Shown piece by piece: positions 29,043-39,095 of a stretch of 64,000 nucleotides of DNA. The stretch comes from a virus. The position numbers and the translations under genes are program-made. Location: positions 89,701 to 153,700 of the IMG/VR virus record IMGVR_UViG_3300025450_000015. One strand, written 5' to 3'. The notes under the pieces were generated by a model. It was not told where the DNA came from and did not search any database. It was given only the letters and a program-made list of their open reading frames with translations. Each line of letters starts with the position of its first letter. Positions within the stretch are counted from its first letter, which is position 1.

Positions 29043-29678
29043 ATGAAATCATACAAAGAATATTTGACCGAAAGCAAAAAAGTTTACGAATTTAAAGTAA
29101 AAATTGCTGGAGATCACCCAGATAATGCTGTTGAGCAAATCAAAGGCTCTTTGAGCCAATTCCACGTTACTAAAGTTAATAAAGGAATTACAACACCAAT
29201 TCAAGAACGTCACAGCGAATTTCCAGAGCACAAAAATGTTGGTATGACTATCTACGATGTTACTACAGATTATCCTGCAACTAGTTTACAAATTCGCGAT
29301 ATGGTTGCAACTGGCCTAGGCGTTACCCACAGCCACGTAATTGTACGCAACATGTGGGAAGAACGTGAACACGAAATTAATCACGAACACGATGAAAAAA
29401 CTGGTAAAGCAGTTGGCGGAACTACTCAAGATCCTAGTGATCACAGCGACCTAGTTAACGACAAATACAAGTATGACTTGTTAAAAGAACTAGGTAAAGA
29501 AAAACACAACATGACACAAGTTAAAGGATTTAATGATCAAATTCTTGCTGAAAAAATGCCAGGTGTCGCAGAAGAATATAGAAAAGTTAAAGAATTTAAC
29601 ACAAACAAACCAGGGACAACTAGTACCATTGGTACTAAACAAAATAAACTCCCTAAATTGCCTAAGGGGACAAAATAA
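29043..29678 (+). CDS. Hypothetical protein, probable head-associated
   Basis: N-terminal MKSYKEYLTES resembles prohead-protease-processed propeptides. Preceded by AATAAATA (29017-29024). Confidence 0.55.
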   Translation: MKSYKEYLTESKKVYEFKVKIAGDHPDNAVEQIKGSLSQFHVTKVNKGITTPIQERHSEFPEHKNVGMTIYDVTTDYPATSLQIRDMVATGLGVTHSHVIVRNMWEEREHEINHEHDEKTGKAVGGTTQDPSDHSDLVNDKYKYDLLKELGKEKHNMTQVKGFNDQILAEKMPGVAEEYRKVKEFNTNKPGTTSTIGTKQNKLPKLPKGTK

Positions 29679-30961
29679 TGCAACTATACGATTTAATGGC
29701 AAAATTAAAAAAGATTGAAGAAGGTGTTGAGCCACCAAATCATTACGGTGGTCAAGGACCAGAAGGTGCTAAATTTGACCTTTATATGCAACAACGTAAA
29801 AATCAGTTAGCGGCTCAGAAACCAAAAGAGGAAAGTGTTGAAGAATGTGGTGAAGGCCCACTTCCAATGATTGCACATGCCCAACAAAGTCAACAGGACA
29901 ATGTTTCGATGAATGTTACTATGTCTGGTCAAGGATCTGGCGGTATTAAAGATCTGATGAGTATTCTACGTAATATTGAAAATGGTTCAAGCGAAAAAGA
30001 ACCAGCTATGATCATTGGTAAAGATTCCAGCGAACACGATCATGAAGAGCCTATGATGGGTGATATGGTTGCAAGTATGTCTGCCGAAGAAGGACAAAGC
30101 GATATGAGTCCTCTTACAACAGATGAACGTGGTATGGAAGAAGAATTTGACGACGATGAAGAAACTTACGGTAATAGTGCTCAAGGATCAGCAGGTCATC
30201 ATGTTCACGGTGTAGATGCTGTAACATTCAGCGGAGATGATATGAATAGTAAGGGTAAGATTAGTCCTATTCAACGTGCAGTTGGAACTAACCCATTACG
30301 TGAACCAAGTAATTTTGATGAAAGTCTAGTTAATAAACTTTCAGCAATGTACGAAGAAGTTAAACAAAAATCAATGAGCCGCAAAAGTGAAAAAATGTCT
30401 AAAAAAGATGTAAAAGAAAACGCTCATCACGATGATGATGAAGAGAAAAAGATTCGTCACCTAATGCGAAAATACGGTTGGAGTCATCAAGAAGCACTAG
30501 AGCATTATCACTATGAAGAACATGATCCTAAAGATTATGAAGACATGGAAGAATCTGCTAAATGGCGTGATCCTAAATACAAAGGCCAATTGTTTACTCA
30601 AAAGAAAGGCGACAGTGATGATTACGATAGCATAGATTACGGATACGGTATAAAAGAAAGACCTAAAAAAGATCCAGGTCAAAAACGATCTACATTTGAC
30701 AGGGATACTGTATGGACAGATCCATTAGATACTAGAAGTAATTTACCTAAGCATCACAACGATCCTGAGAACTGGGGGCATGGTAGTATTTCTAGTAAAG
30801 GCGACTCAAAAGGAAAACTTACGGCCGATAGAAGAAAGCGTATGAAAAATGATATTCGAGGAAGTTTAGGACAACACCATACTCCAACCTTACCAGAACA
30901 GATGAATGAAAGTAAAGAATTAAATGCTATGCTAGCATTAAACAAAAGATTAAACGGTTAA
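29678..30961 (+). CDS. Hypothetical highly charged protein, probable prohead core/internal protein
   Basis: Low-complexity acidic/basic sequence with many hydrophobic-X-E sites and C-terminal MNESKELNAMLAL. Confidence 0.55.
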   Translation: MQLYDLMAKLKKIEEGVEPPNHYGGQGPEGAKFDLYMQQRKNQLAAQKPKEESVEECGEGPLPMIAHAQQSQQDNVSMNVTMSGQGSGGIKDLMSILRNIENGSSEKEPAMIIGKDSSEHDHEEPMMGDMVASMSAEEGQSDMSPLTTDERGMEEEFDDDEETYGNSAQGSAGHHVHGVDAVTFSGDDMNSKGKISPIQRAVGTNPLREPSNFDESLVNKLSAMYEEVKQKSMSRKSEKMSKKDVKENAHHDDDEEKKIRHLMRKYGWSHQEALEHYHYEEHDPKDYEDMEESAKWRDPKYKGQLFTQKKGDSDDYDSIDYGYGIKERPKKDPGQKRSTFDRDTVWTDPLDTRSNLPKHHNDPENWGHGSISSKGDSKGKLTADRRKRMKNDIRGSLGQHHTPTLPEQMNESKELNAMLALNKRLNG

Positions 30962-30995
30962 GTTTCGTCGCAGTTAGCACCCTGTCCAAGGTGCC

Positions 30996-31023
30996 AAATA
31001 GACCCTCCGGGGTCTATTTTTTT
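30996..31023 (+). terminator. Intrinsic terminator
   Basis: AAATAGACCC-tccg-GGGTCTATTT hairpin followed by a T-run. Confidence 0.8.
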
Positions 31024-31037
31024 GTGTAAATAAAGTT

Positions 31038-32639
31038 ATGGCAAAATCACTAGACGGCGTCTTAACAAAGAAGGCGCATACAAAAGAAAAATTTACAGAA
31101 CAACAAGTTCAAGATTTGTTGGAGTGTGCCAACCCCGAGACTGGCTATTTGCATTTTGCAAAACATTTCTTTCATATACAGCACCCTGTAAAAGGAAAGG
31201 TTAAATTTGAACCTTACAAATACCAAACAGGATTATTAAGTGCTTACCACAACTATCGTTTTAACATTAATATGTTGCCACGTCAAAGTGGAAAGACTAC
31301 TTGTGCATCAGCGTACTTGTTATGGTATGCTATGTTTCATCCAGATCAGACTATTCTAATTGCCGCACACAAATACACAGGCGCACAGGAAATTATGCAA
31401 CGTATTCGTTACGGATACGAATTATGTCCTGATTATATTAGATCAGGTGTTGTAAGTTATAACAAAGGGAGCATTGATTTTGACAACGGATCAAGAATTG
31501 TATCAGCTACTACTACTGGTAACACCGGTCGTGGTATGTCCATATCCTTATTATATTGTGACGAGTTTGCGTTCCTTCAACCTAACATTGCTGATGAATT
31601 TTGGACATCAATCAGCCCCACACTAGCAACTGGTGGACGAGCAATTATTACTTCAACACCTAACAGTGACGAAGATACGTTTGCTATTATCTGGAAAGAA
31701 AGTCAAGATTTCTTTGACGAGTACGGTAATGAAAAGGATGACAAGACTGGACGTAACGGGTTTCATGGATTTAAAGCCGATTGGTGGGAACATCCAGATC
31801 GCGATGACGAATGGAAGAAAACTGAGATGGGACGTATCGGTGAAGAACGTTTCCGTCGCGAGTACGGTTGCGAATTTTTAGTTTATGATGAAACCTTAAT
31901 CAGCAGTTTAAAACTTGCAGAATTAGTAGGACGAGAGCCTGCTTTTAAAATGGGTCAAGTGCGTTGGTATAAAAAACCCGAACCTGGACATGTTTATCTT
32001 ATAGCCCTGGATCCTAGTTTAGGTACTGGCGGCGACTACGGTGCCATCGAAGTGTTTGAAATGCCCAGTATGACTCAAATAGCCGAGTGGCAACATAACA
32101 TTACACCTATACAACAGCAGGTTAAAATACTTAGAGATGTTATCAAATACATAGCAGATGAGATAGGAGAAGATAGTTTTAATCAAATCTACTGGAGTGT
32201 GGAAAATAATACTGTGGGTGAAAGTGCCCTAGTTGTCATAGACAATCTAGGAGAAGAAACTTTCCCAGGGTTATTTTTAAGTGAACCCTTACGAAAAGGG
32301 CATGTTAAGAAATTCCGCAAAGGGTTTAATACTACATTTGGTACTAAAATTGCCACTTGTGCTAAAATTAAATACCTAATCGAAGAAGGAAAATGTACTA
32401 TAAACAGCCGTACTTTACTAAGCGAACTTAAAACTTATATTGCAAAAGGTACTACTTTTGCGGCCAAAGAAGGGCAACACGACGACCTAGTAGCGGCTTT
32501 ACTATTAATAGTACGTATGGCTATTGTACTGGCAGAATGGGATCCTAATGTATTTGATAGACTAAAAGTACATAGCGATTGGGCCGAAGAAGAAAATTAC
32601 GAACTACCCTTGCCTATATTCATATCTACGGGGATGTGA
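31038..32639 (+). CDS. terL: Terminase large subunit (T4 gp17-like)
   Basis: Walker A PRQSGKT, Walker B LLYCDEFAF, ITSTPN, REYGCEF, and nuclease motifs ALDPSLG and HDDLV. Confidence 0.95.
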   Translation: MAKSLDGVLTKKAHTKEKFTEQQVQDLLECANPETGYLHFAKHFFHIQHPVKGKVKFEPYKYQTGLLSAYHNYRFNINMLPRQSGKTTCASAYLLWYAMFHPDQTILIAAHKYTGAQEIMQRIRYGYELCPDYIRSGVVSYNKGSIDFDNGSRIVSATTTGNTGRGMSISLLYCDEFAFLQPNIADEFWTSISPTLATGGRAIITSTPNSDEDTFAIIWKESQDFFDEYGNEKDDKTGRNGFHGFKADWWEHPDRDDEWKKTEMGRIGEERFRREYGCEFLVYDETLISSLKLAELVGREPAFKMGQVRWYKKPEPGHVYLIALDPSLGTGGDYGAIEVFEMPSMTQIAEWQHNITPIQQQVKILRDVIKYIADEIGEDSFNQIYWSVENNTVGESALVVIDNLGEETFPGLFLSEPLRKGHVKKFRKGFNTTFGTKIATCAKIKYLIEEGKCTINSRTLLSELKTYIAKGTTFAAKEGQHDDLVAALLLIVRMAIVLAEWDPNVFDRLKVHSDWAEEENYELPLPIFISTGM

Positions 32640-32649
32640 TAAATATTAT

Positions 32650-34884
32650 ATGGACACAAATCTGAATAAAATAGCCAAGGACTTGTATGGAAAGATTGAA
32701 ACACGCTTTCCAGACATTAAAATTGGCGATGAAAATGCTGAAGTTTTAAGTAGAAAAGGCGATATTCCCAGAGCACGTTTTTTTGAATTTGAATACGAAG
32801 ACCGTGGTGTTAAACTTGGTAACGTAACAATTACATTGGACAGAGAAGACGGAGTAGTTGTACAAATTAGTGGAAGCCTAGCTGAAAAAAAACATCCAGG
32901 AGTTTTTAAATTTATTCGCGGATTAAGATCATTTGCCAAGGACAGACTATTAAATTTTGATATTCAAAACATAAACAAAGATCAATTAGACAAAAGAGAT
33001 TATGAGTTCCAAGCGAAACCCAAGGAAGAATTTACCATGATGGAAAGTAAAATGTACGGTACTGCTAAGATCAGTTACCAAGACCTCGGAGAGGCAAGAC
33101 TGGTAGTTAAACACAGTCAGCCAGTTAATACCGACCTAGCCGCAGGACGTACAATGCATATTGAATCTATCTATGTTGAGAATGCAGATGGTGAACGTTT
33201 TAAATATCCGTTTAAACATCTTGCAGGTGCCCGTGCTCTTGCAGAACATTTAAAACATGGCGGTATCCCTTATGATAGTATTGGTAAACATATTACAAGT
33301 TTATCAGAAGAGCTAGCACAATTACGCAAGTTTAAAGGTTATGTTGGTCGTAACGAAGCATTAAGTGAGGCAATGGGCGACATCACTAGTAAAGTTATGG
33401 AACGCATTGATTCTGTCAAAAAAGAAATTCAACAATTAAGCCGTACATCATACTACGAAGCATTTGTAGAATCATTTGAAGATCATGAAGAACAAATGAT
33501 TCCAGAGGCAGTAATGGATGATTGGATCGATAGATTAACTATCCGCACATTCAACGAAGAACTACGTACAGCATTTCCATACATCTTTAAACTAGTAAGT
33601 GAAAATGATATTCCTGTTAAAGAATTAACACCAGACGATTTATTAGACGAAGCAGGAAATCCTGTACAAGCGGCAATTGCAATTTCTAAAAAGGAATCAG
33701 GCAAATACAATAAAGAAGGTAAACGAATCAAAGAATCCCCAGAAGATCAATTCGAATCATTCATGAATCAACTTGTTGCTGAAGATGAAACAACACAACA
33801 AGGTGTTAATACATTATTCAGTACAATTCCAGAAATAAGATCACAAGCAGTTAAAAATTTAAAAGATAAAATCAGTCAAGGACTAAAGCCAGGAACCGAT
33901 GGTGTTAACGCGGCACTTACTTTAAAAGGTATTATCGACAGTGACAAATTTACTGAAAATTATTTAAAAGGTTTATCAGATAACGACAATATCGTTACTG
34001 TGTTAAAACAATATGTAAAAGATGTTGCCAACAATGATCCTAAAGCTGTTACATCTGGAAAAAATCCAGGAGCACAGGACGCCGCAAGAGAACTATTGGC
34101 AAGTAAAGAATTAGATAATATGAGTTCAGACGCAAGCACTCCTCCAGACATGGGTGCAGAACCAGCGGCTCCAGCTCCAGGTGGCGAAACTCCACCCGCA
34201 CCTGACATGGGTGCAGAAACTCCTCCGGCTCCAGGCGGTGAAACTCCTCCTCCGGCTCCAGGCGGTGAAACTCCACCCGCACCCGTAGCAGAAAGTGGAT
34301 TGCAAGCATATCTTGGTAATAAAAAATATGGCAAAGACGGTATGGATCAATTACGTCAGGCTGGGCGTGATCATGTTGGTTCAGACAAAATTGCCAAACT
34401 AAAAGCCAAATTAATCAAGGCAAGAGAAAGTGGTGCAGAGTTACATGACAAAGTAGATTTTGGTCATAAAGAAATGACATTGCATGACTGTATGAAACAG
34501 TTTAAGATTAATCCAATGGAGTGCGGATTCAAGTCTCCTACTATGAGTAGTTCAGTATCAGATGGTAGTAAATCACCAGGCGAGATGGAAATAGAAAGCA
34601 GTATTAGTGGATTCTGGAATAAAGACGCTCCAATGCACGAAGGAAATTTTACCATCGGGCCTACAAGAGTAATTACAAAAATTCTTAAAAGTTATAACAA
34701 CGGCGAATATCGTCATGCTAAACCGCATGATGTAAAAAAAGTTATTGCTAGAGTTAAACAAATGGATCCACCAAGTAGTGTTAAAGGTATAGAACATAAA
34801 CCTAATGCACACCCAACTAACATGCCATATTCAGTAGCAGAATCGGACGAACTGGCAAGAATTAAAAAATTGATAGGAATGTAA
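32650..34884 (+). CDS. Hypothetical large protein, probable head-associated, with Pro-rich linker
   Basis: 744-aa ORF preceded by GATAAATA, ending in VAESDELARIKKLIGM. Confidence 0.6.
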   Translation: MDTNLNKIAKDLYGKIETRFPDIKIGDENAEVLSRKGDIPRARFFEFEYEDRGVKLGNVTITLDREDGVVVQISGSLAEKKHPGVFKFIRGLRSFAKDRLLNFDIQNINKDQLDKRDYEFQAKPKEEFTMMESKMYGTAKISYQDLGEARLVVKHSQPVNTDLAAGRTMHIESIYVENADGERFKYPFKHLAGARALAEHLKHGGIPYDSIGKHITSLSEELAQLRKFKGYVGRNEALSEAMGDITSKVMERIDSVKKEIQQLSRTSYYEAFVESFEDHEEQMIPEAVMDDWIDRLTIRTFNEELRTAFPYIFKLVSENDIPVKELTPDDLLDEAGNPVQAAIAISKKESGKYNKEGKRIKESPEDQFESFMNQLVAEDETTQQGVNTLFSTIPEIRSQAVKNLKDKISQGLKPGTDGVNAALTLKGIIDSDKFTENYLKGLSDNDNIVTVLKQYVKDVANNDPKAVTSGKNPGAQDAARELLASKELDNMSSDASTPPDMGAEPAAPAPGGETPPAPDMGAETPPAPGGETPPPAPGGETPPAPVAESGLQAYLGNKKYGKDGMDQLRQAGRDHVGSDKIAKLKAKLIKARESGAELHDKVDFGHKEMTLHDCMKQFKINPMECGFKSPTMSSSVSDGSKSPGEMEIESSISGFWNKDAPMHEGNFTIGPTRVITKILKSYNNGEYRHAKPHDVKKVIARVKQMDPPSSVKGIEHKPNAHPTNMPYSVAESDELARIKKLIGM
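34141..34284 (+). repeat. Imperfect tandem repeats encoding PAPGGETPP / PDMGAE
   Basis: gctccagg(t/c)gg(c/t)gaaactcc occurs three times and gacatgggtgcagaa twice. Confidence 0.85.
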
Positions 34885-34885
34885 C

Positions 34886-35545
34886 ATGAAAAAAATCACA
34901 GAACAACAATTAATCGAATCAGCCCGTAATCTACAAGCTAGATTGAAAGAAGGCGATGGTCCAGGAATCGTTTCAAAATATTTGGCGCATCCTGTAAAGA
35001 CTGTAGGATCTTGGTTTGGCGCGAACGATTATAGAAATGAAGACCGCAACGATCCTAATGGTAATGAAGGTCAAAAGGTTACAGTCGGGGATGCCAAAAT
35101 GTGGGGAAAACTAGGATGGCTCGGTGGTAACGGACAAACTGGAGCTATTAAAAATGCAGGAGAATGGTATACTACGCCTGATAACAAGCTAGTTCCTAGT
35201 GAAAACACTAATCTTGTATTAAACTTAGAAAGATTAGGAGTAAAATCACAAGGCAGAGATCCTAAAACAACTATTGATCCAAATAATTACAATGCAGGTT
35301 CTCCGACCACCCAAGCTGGTACTTATGATCCCGATACCGGAGTAGTAACTAGTGGATCTAATCAGACTAACAGCAGTGGCCAATATGTCGATGCTACTAA
35401 TAGTAAACCACAGACACAGCAAACTCAAAATCAGTCAAGCGGACAAACACAGAACCAATCAAATGGCCCAAAAGAAGGTGATCGAAAACAATCAAAAAGT
35501 GGTAAGGACATAATTTTTAGAAATGGTGCTTGGGAGTACTTATAA
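34886..35545 (+). CDS. Hypothetical protein, possibly internal/ejected virion protein
   Basis: N-terminal ITEQQLIES, a Gln/Ser/Asn-rich linker, and C-terminal PKEGD...IIFRNGAWEYL. Confidence 0.55.
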   Translation: MKKITEQQLIESARNLQARLKEGDGPGIVSKYLAHPVKTVGSWFGANDYRNEDRNDPNGNEGQKVTVGDAKMWGKLGWLGGNGQTGAIKNAGEWYTTPDNKLVPSENTNLVLNLERLGVKSQGRDPKTTIDPNNYNAGSPTTQAGTYDPDTGVVTSGSNQTNSSGQYVDATNSKPQTQQTQNQSSGQTQNQSNGPKEGDRKQSKSGKDIIFRNGAWEYL

Positions 35546-36603
35546 TGAGACAATGGATTGATTTACTGATAGAAGGTACAAAAGTACCAGCTGATGATTT
35601 ACCAGATAGCGGCACTCAATCGTCTAGTAAGAGAGTACCAGCTGATGATTTACCAGATAGCGGCACTCAATCGTCTAGTAATAGAGTACCAGCTGATGAT
35701 GCACCTTCTGGAGGCAATCAATCATCAACAAATACTGCTCCAAAGAAAAAAACTGGTCCAAAAAATCCTAATGTTAAGGCTCTACAAGATGAAATCGTCA
35801 AAGCTAGCGGCGATAACAAGATTTTTCCAAAGTATGGTGCAGACGGTATATGGGGAAATGAAACTGCTGGTGTAGTATTCAGCGATCCGAAATATATAGA
35901 AATTGCTAAAAAATATGCTGATACAATTCCTCAAGTTAAAAGTATTATGGATGCCAAGGGTGTTGCACAGGATATCGGAAAACGAACACAGGATAGTAGT
36001 GACCAATTAAACAAGCAATTTCCTAATTCATCAGCCCAGGCGGCAACTACAGGACAATCTAATTCATCAGCCCAAGCGGCAAACGCAACACCTGAACCTG
36101 TAGTTGATCAGGATGCTGGTGCAAAAGAAACTGCTAAAAAATTCGTTGATAACACTACAGCTCCGGCATATATTGACAGCAAAGATGGTATGATCAAGTA
36201 TATGGATTCATCTAGTAAACAACCTAAAATTATGCCAAGCGATTGGATTCCACAGTATGCCCCAGAATTAGATAAGGCTTTGAAAGATTTAAAAGCAGGA
36301 ACACCACAGACAACTAAATTTTTATGGTGGAACGTCAATAATGGGACAAAAGTTGATATCCGTGCGTTAGATGCATTAAGTCCTAATGCTAGTAATGGTA
36401 CTGGATTGAAGATGCCAAATACTAATACAATGAGTCTTGGACAGCAAACTCCATCGGCCGCTGATAATTCAAACGCAACTCAGCCTAATCCGTATAGTCT
36501 AGTTCCACCTAAACCGCAACTCAATCCACTCACAAAAGATGTACAAGAGTCAGTTGGATTTGACGAATTACAACGTTTGGTAAGTTTAGTACATCACAGA
36601 TAA
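35545..36603 (+). CDS. Putative virion protein with peptidoglycan-binding-like motif
   Basis: Start reassigned to ATG 35545 (TAATG coupling). VKALQ...YGADGIWGNET resembles PG_binding_1. C-terminal VQESVGFDELQRLVSL. Confidence 0.55.
   Translation: MRQWIDLLIEGTKVPADDLPDSGTQSSSKRVPADDLPDSGTQSSSNRVPADDAPSGGNQSSTNTAPKKKTGPKNPNVKALQDEIVKASGDNKIFPKYGADGIWGNETAGVVFSDPKYIEIAKKYADTIPQVKSIMDAKGVAQDIGKRTQDSSDQLNKQFPNSSAQAATTGQSNSSAQAANATPEPVVDQDAGAKETAKKFVDNTTAPAYIDSKDGMIKYMDSSSKQPKIMPSDWIPQYAPELDKALKDLKAGTPQTTKFLWWNVNNGTKVDIRALDALSPNASNGTGLKMPNTNTMSLGQQTPSAADNSNATQPNPYSLVPPKPQLNPLTKDVQESVGFDELQRLVSLVHHR
35583..35700 (+). repeat. 51-bp tandem repeat (about 2.3 copies) encoding VPADDLPDSGTQSSS(K/N)R
   Basis: Near-identical units start at 35583, 35634 and 35685. 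Confidence 0.92.
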
Positions 36604-36640
36604 TTCGAGTAAAATACTCATATTTCCAGCAAGATTTCAC

Positions 36641-36669
36641 TTGCAAACATAAATAAAAGTGCGTATACT
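36641..36669 (+). promoter_or_regulatory. Sigma70-type promoter with embedded late-promoter motif
   Basis: TTGCAA-17 bp-TATACT, with CATAAATA at 36648-36655 inside the spacer. Confidence 0.65.
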
Positions 36670-36757
36670 TATGTATATGCACTTTTTGTTTTATCAGGGT
36701 TGGTAAAACAATAATAGGCACATAAAAAAGCAAACAGGCTAACAATAGGAGAATATT

Positions 36758-37744
36758 ATGGCAACTTTAGCTGAAATTAGAGCAAAATTAAAATCATCTG
36801 AACAAAAAGGTTCAGGAGAACGTACAGGCGGAGATAAATCAATTTATCCGTTTTGGAATCTCAAAGAAGGCGGCGAATCTACACTTAGATTCCTACCAGA
36901 CGGCAACACAGATAACACATTTTTCTGGGTTGAACGTGCAATGATCAAACTTCCCTTTGCAGGTATCAAAGGCGAATCTGAAAGCAAAAACATCACAGTA
37001 CAAGTACCATGCGTTGAAATGTATGGCGACACTTGCCCAATCCTTACAGAAGTACGTGGTTGGTTCAAAGACCCAGCATTAGAAGACATGGGTCGTAAAT
37101 ACTGGAAGAAACGCAGTTATATTTTCCAAGGTTTTGTTGTTGAAGACGGACTAGGTGAAAAAGCTGAAGATCAACCAGAAAATCCAATTCGCCGTTTCAT
37201 TATCGGTCCACAGATTTTCCAATCAATTCGTGCGGCACTTGTCGATCCAGAGTTGGAAGATTTGCCAACTGACTACGTGCATGGCTTAGACTATCGCATG
37301 AAGAAAACAAGCAAGGGCGGATACGCTGACTACTCAACTTCTAGTTGGGCACGTCGTGAGCGTCCACTAAGCGATGCTGAAACTGCGGCCAAAGATAAAT
37401 TTGGATTATTTAACTTGACAGACTTCTTGCCTAAGAAACCAGGCGAAGTTGAATTGAAAGTTATGAAGGAAATGTTTGAAGCATCAGTTGACGGCGAGCC
37501 ATATGATATGGATCGTTGGGGTCAATATTTCAAACCAGCCGGTATGAGCCAAAATACTGGTGATCCTAACAAGGCAACTCCTAAAGCATCGGCTCCAGTA
37601 GCAGATGACATCGATGATGAAGAAACACCAGCTCCAGTGGCTAAGGCAGCACCTGCTCCTAAAGCTGAAGCTAGCTCAGATGCCGGCGGCGATTCACGTG
37701 CCCAAGACATCTTGGCAATGATTCGCAATCGTCAAAAGCAATAA
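36758..37744 (+). CDS. gp32: Single-stranded DNA-binding protein (T4 gp32-like)
   Basis: LRFLPD, C...CPI, YWKKRSY and GYADYSTS motifs with an acidic/Ala-Pro tail. AGGAG RBS. Confidence 0.85.
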   Translation: MATLAEIRAKLKSSEQKGSGERTGGDKSIYPFWNLKEGGESTLRFLPDGNTDNTFFWVERAMIKLPFAGIKGESESKNITVQVPCVEMYGDTCPILTEVRGWFKDPALEDMGRKYWKKRSYIFQGFVVEDGLGEKAEDQPENPIRRFIIGPQIFQSIRAALVDPELEDLPTDYVHGLDYRMKKTSKGGYADYSTSSWARRERPLSDAETAAKDKFGLFNLTDFLPKKPGEVELKVMKEMFEASVDGEPYDMDRWGQYFKPAGMSQNTGDPNKATPKASAPVADDIDDEETPAPVAKAAPAPKAEASSDAGGDSRAQDILAMIRNRQKQ

Positions 37745-37810
37745 ACACTTGGCTTGGGCCTCTGCAACCTAGTTGTACGCCCTAGTTATCTTTTTTAGGA
37801 GAATTAACTT

Positions 37811-38866
37811 ATGGCTACAAAAGCCTTCGATCTATCGAAATTTAGAAAGACCTTGACCAAGAGTATCGATGGTCTTGGCGTTGGGTTTAACGACCCGACA
37901 GACTGGATTAGTACAGGCAATTATACGCTTAACTATCTAATTAGTGGCGATTTCCATCGAGGAGTTCCACTGGGTAAAGTTACTGTATTTGCTGGCGAGT
38001 CCGGTGCTGGTAAGAGTTTTATCTGTTCAGGTAATCTTATCCGTAATGCACAAAAAGATGGTATCTACGTTATTTTGATTGATAGCGAAAACGCACTTGA
38101 TGAAAAGTGGTTACACGATTTAGGTGTTGATACATCAGAAGAAAAACTTCTTAAACTCAACATGGCAATGATCGACGATGTTGCCAAAACTATCAATGAG
38201 TTTTGTAAAGAATACAAGGAAATGACTGACCGTCCGAAGGTCCTCTTTGTCATAGACAGCCTTGGTATGTTACTAACTCCAACTGACGTTAATCAGTTTG
38301 AAGCAGGTGATTTGAAAGGTGACATGGGTCGTAAACCTAAAGCATTGACAGCACTTGTTCGTAATTGTGTTAATATGTTTGGTAATTTAAATGTTGGTCT
38401 AGTTGCTACTAACCACACATACGCAAGCCAAGACATGTTTGATCCAGATGACAAAATTTCAGGCGGACAAGGCTTCGTATACGCAAGTTCTATCGTAGTT
38501 GCTATGAAGAAGTTGAAATTGAAAGAAGACGAAGACGGCAACAAGACATCAGAAGTAAATGGTATTCGTGCGGCATGTAAGATTATGAAGACACGTTATG
38601 CCAAACCTTTTGAAACTGTACAAATTAAGATTCCATATGAAACAGGTATGAATCCTTACAGCGGTATGGTTGATATGTTAGAAAAACAAGGTATACTTGT
38701 ACAACAAGGCAACAGATTAAAATATGTTGACCCAACCTCCGGTGAAGAATTCTTATTTTACCGAAAAGAATGGAAAGATGATAAATTAGATATGATAATG
38801 CAAAATTATCATTTAAAAGTTAAACCAACAACCATTCCTGAGGAGATAGAAGATAATGTTGACTGA
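37811..38866 (+). CDS. uvsX: RecA-like recombinase (UvsX)
   Basis: Walker A GESGAGKS, plus IDSENA, VIDSLG, NHTY and SGGQG motifs. Confidence 0.93.
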   Translation: MATKAFDLSKFRKTLTKSIDGLGVGFNDPTDWISTGNYTLNYLISGDFHRGVPLGKVTVFAGESGAGKSFICSGNLIRNAQKDGIYVILIDSENALDEKWLHDLGVDTSEEKLLKLNMAMIDDVAKTINEFCKEYKEMTDRPKVLFVIDSLGMLLTPTDVNQFEAGDLKGDMGRKPKALTALVRNCVNMFGNLNVGLVATNHTYASQDMFDPDDKISGGQGFVYASSIVVAMKKLKLKEDEDGNKTSEVNGIRAACKIMKTRYAKPFETVQIKIPYETGMNPYSGMVDMLEKQGILVQQGNRLKYVDPTSGEEFLFYRKEWKDDKLDMIMQNYHLKVKPTTIPEEIEDNVD

Positions 38867-39095
38867 AACACAAATTAGCGATATCTGGGTATTCTTTACT
38901 GAGTACATTGATAAAAAACAACTAGAAGCGGCGGCAGAACGATATGTCGATCTACTAGCAGATTTTGGTGTTCCTGACAGAGTCATGCAGGCGGTTACTG
39001 GCGTCGACACCATATTAGATAATGCAATAGAATATTATCTTGATGAGGTTGACGAAGAAAAAGACAATGACGATTACGACGAATTGGAGTTTTAA
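38856..39095 (+). CDS. Hypothetical acidic protein
   Basis: 79-aa ORF overlapping uvsX and coupled to uvsY. Confidence 0.6.
   Translation: MLTETQISDIWVFFTEYIDKKQLEAAAERYVDLLADFGVPDRVMQAVTGVDTILDNAIEYYLDEVDEEKDNDDYDELEF

Noticed and set aside
31038-32639. Intein or intron in the terminase, helicases or recombinase
   Set aside because: Lengths are normal and motifs are contiguous, with no splice-junction signatures.
35583-35700. Direct repeats as a possible CRISPR array
   Set aside because: The units are contiguous, in-frame 51-bp coding repeats with no unique spacers and no cas genes.
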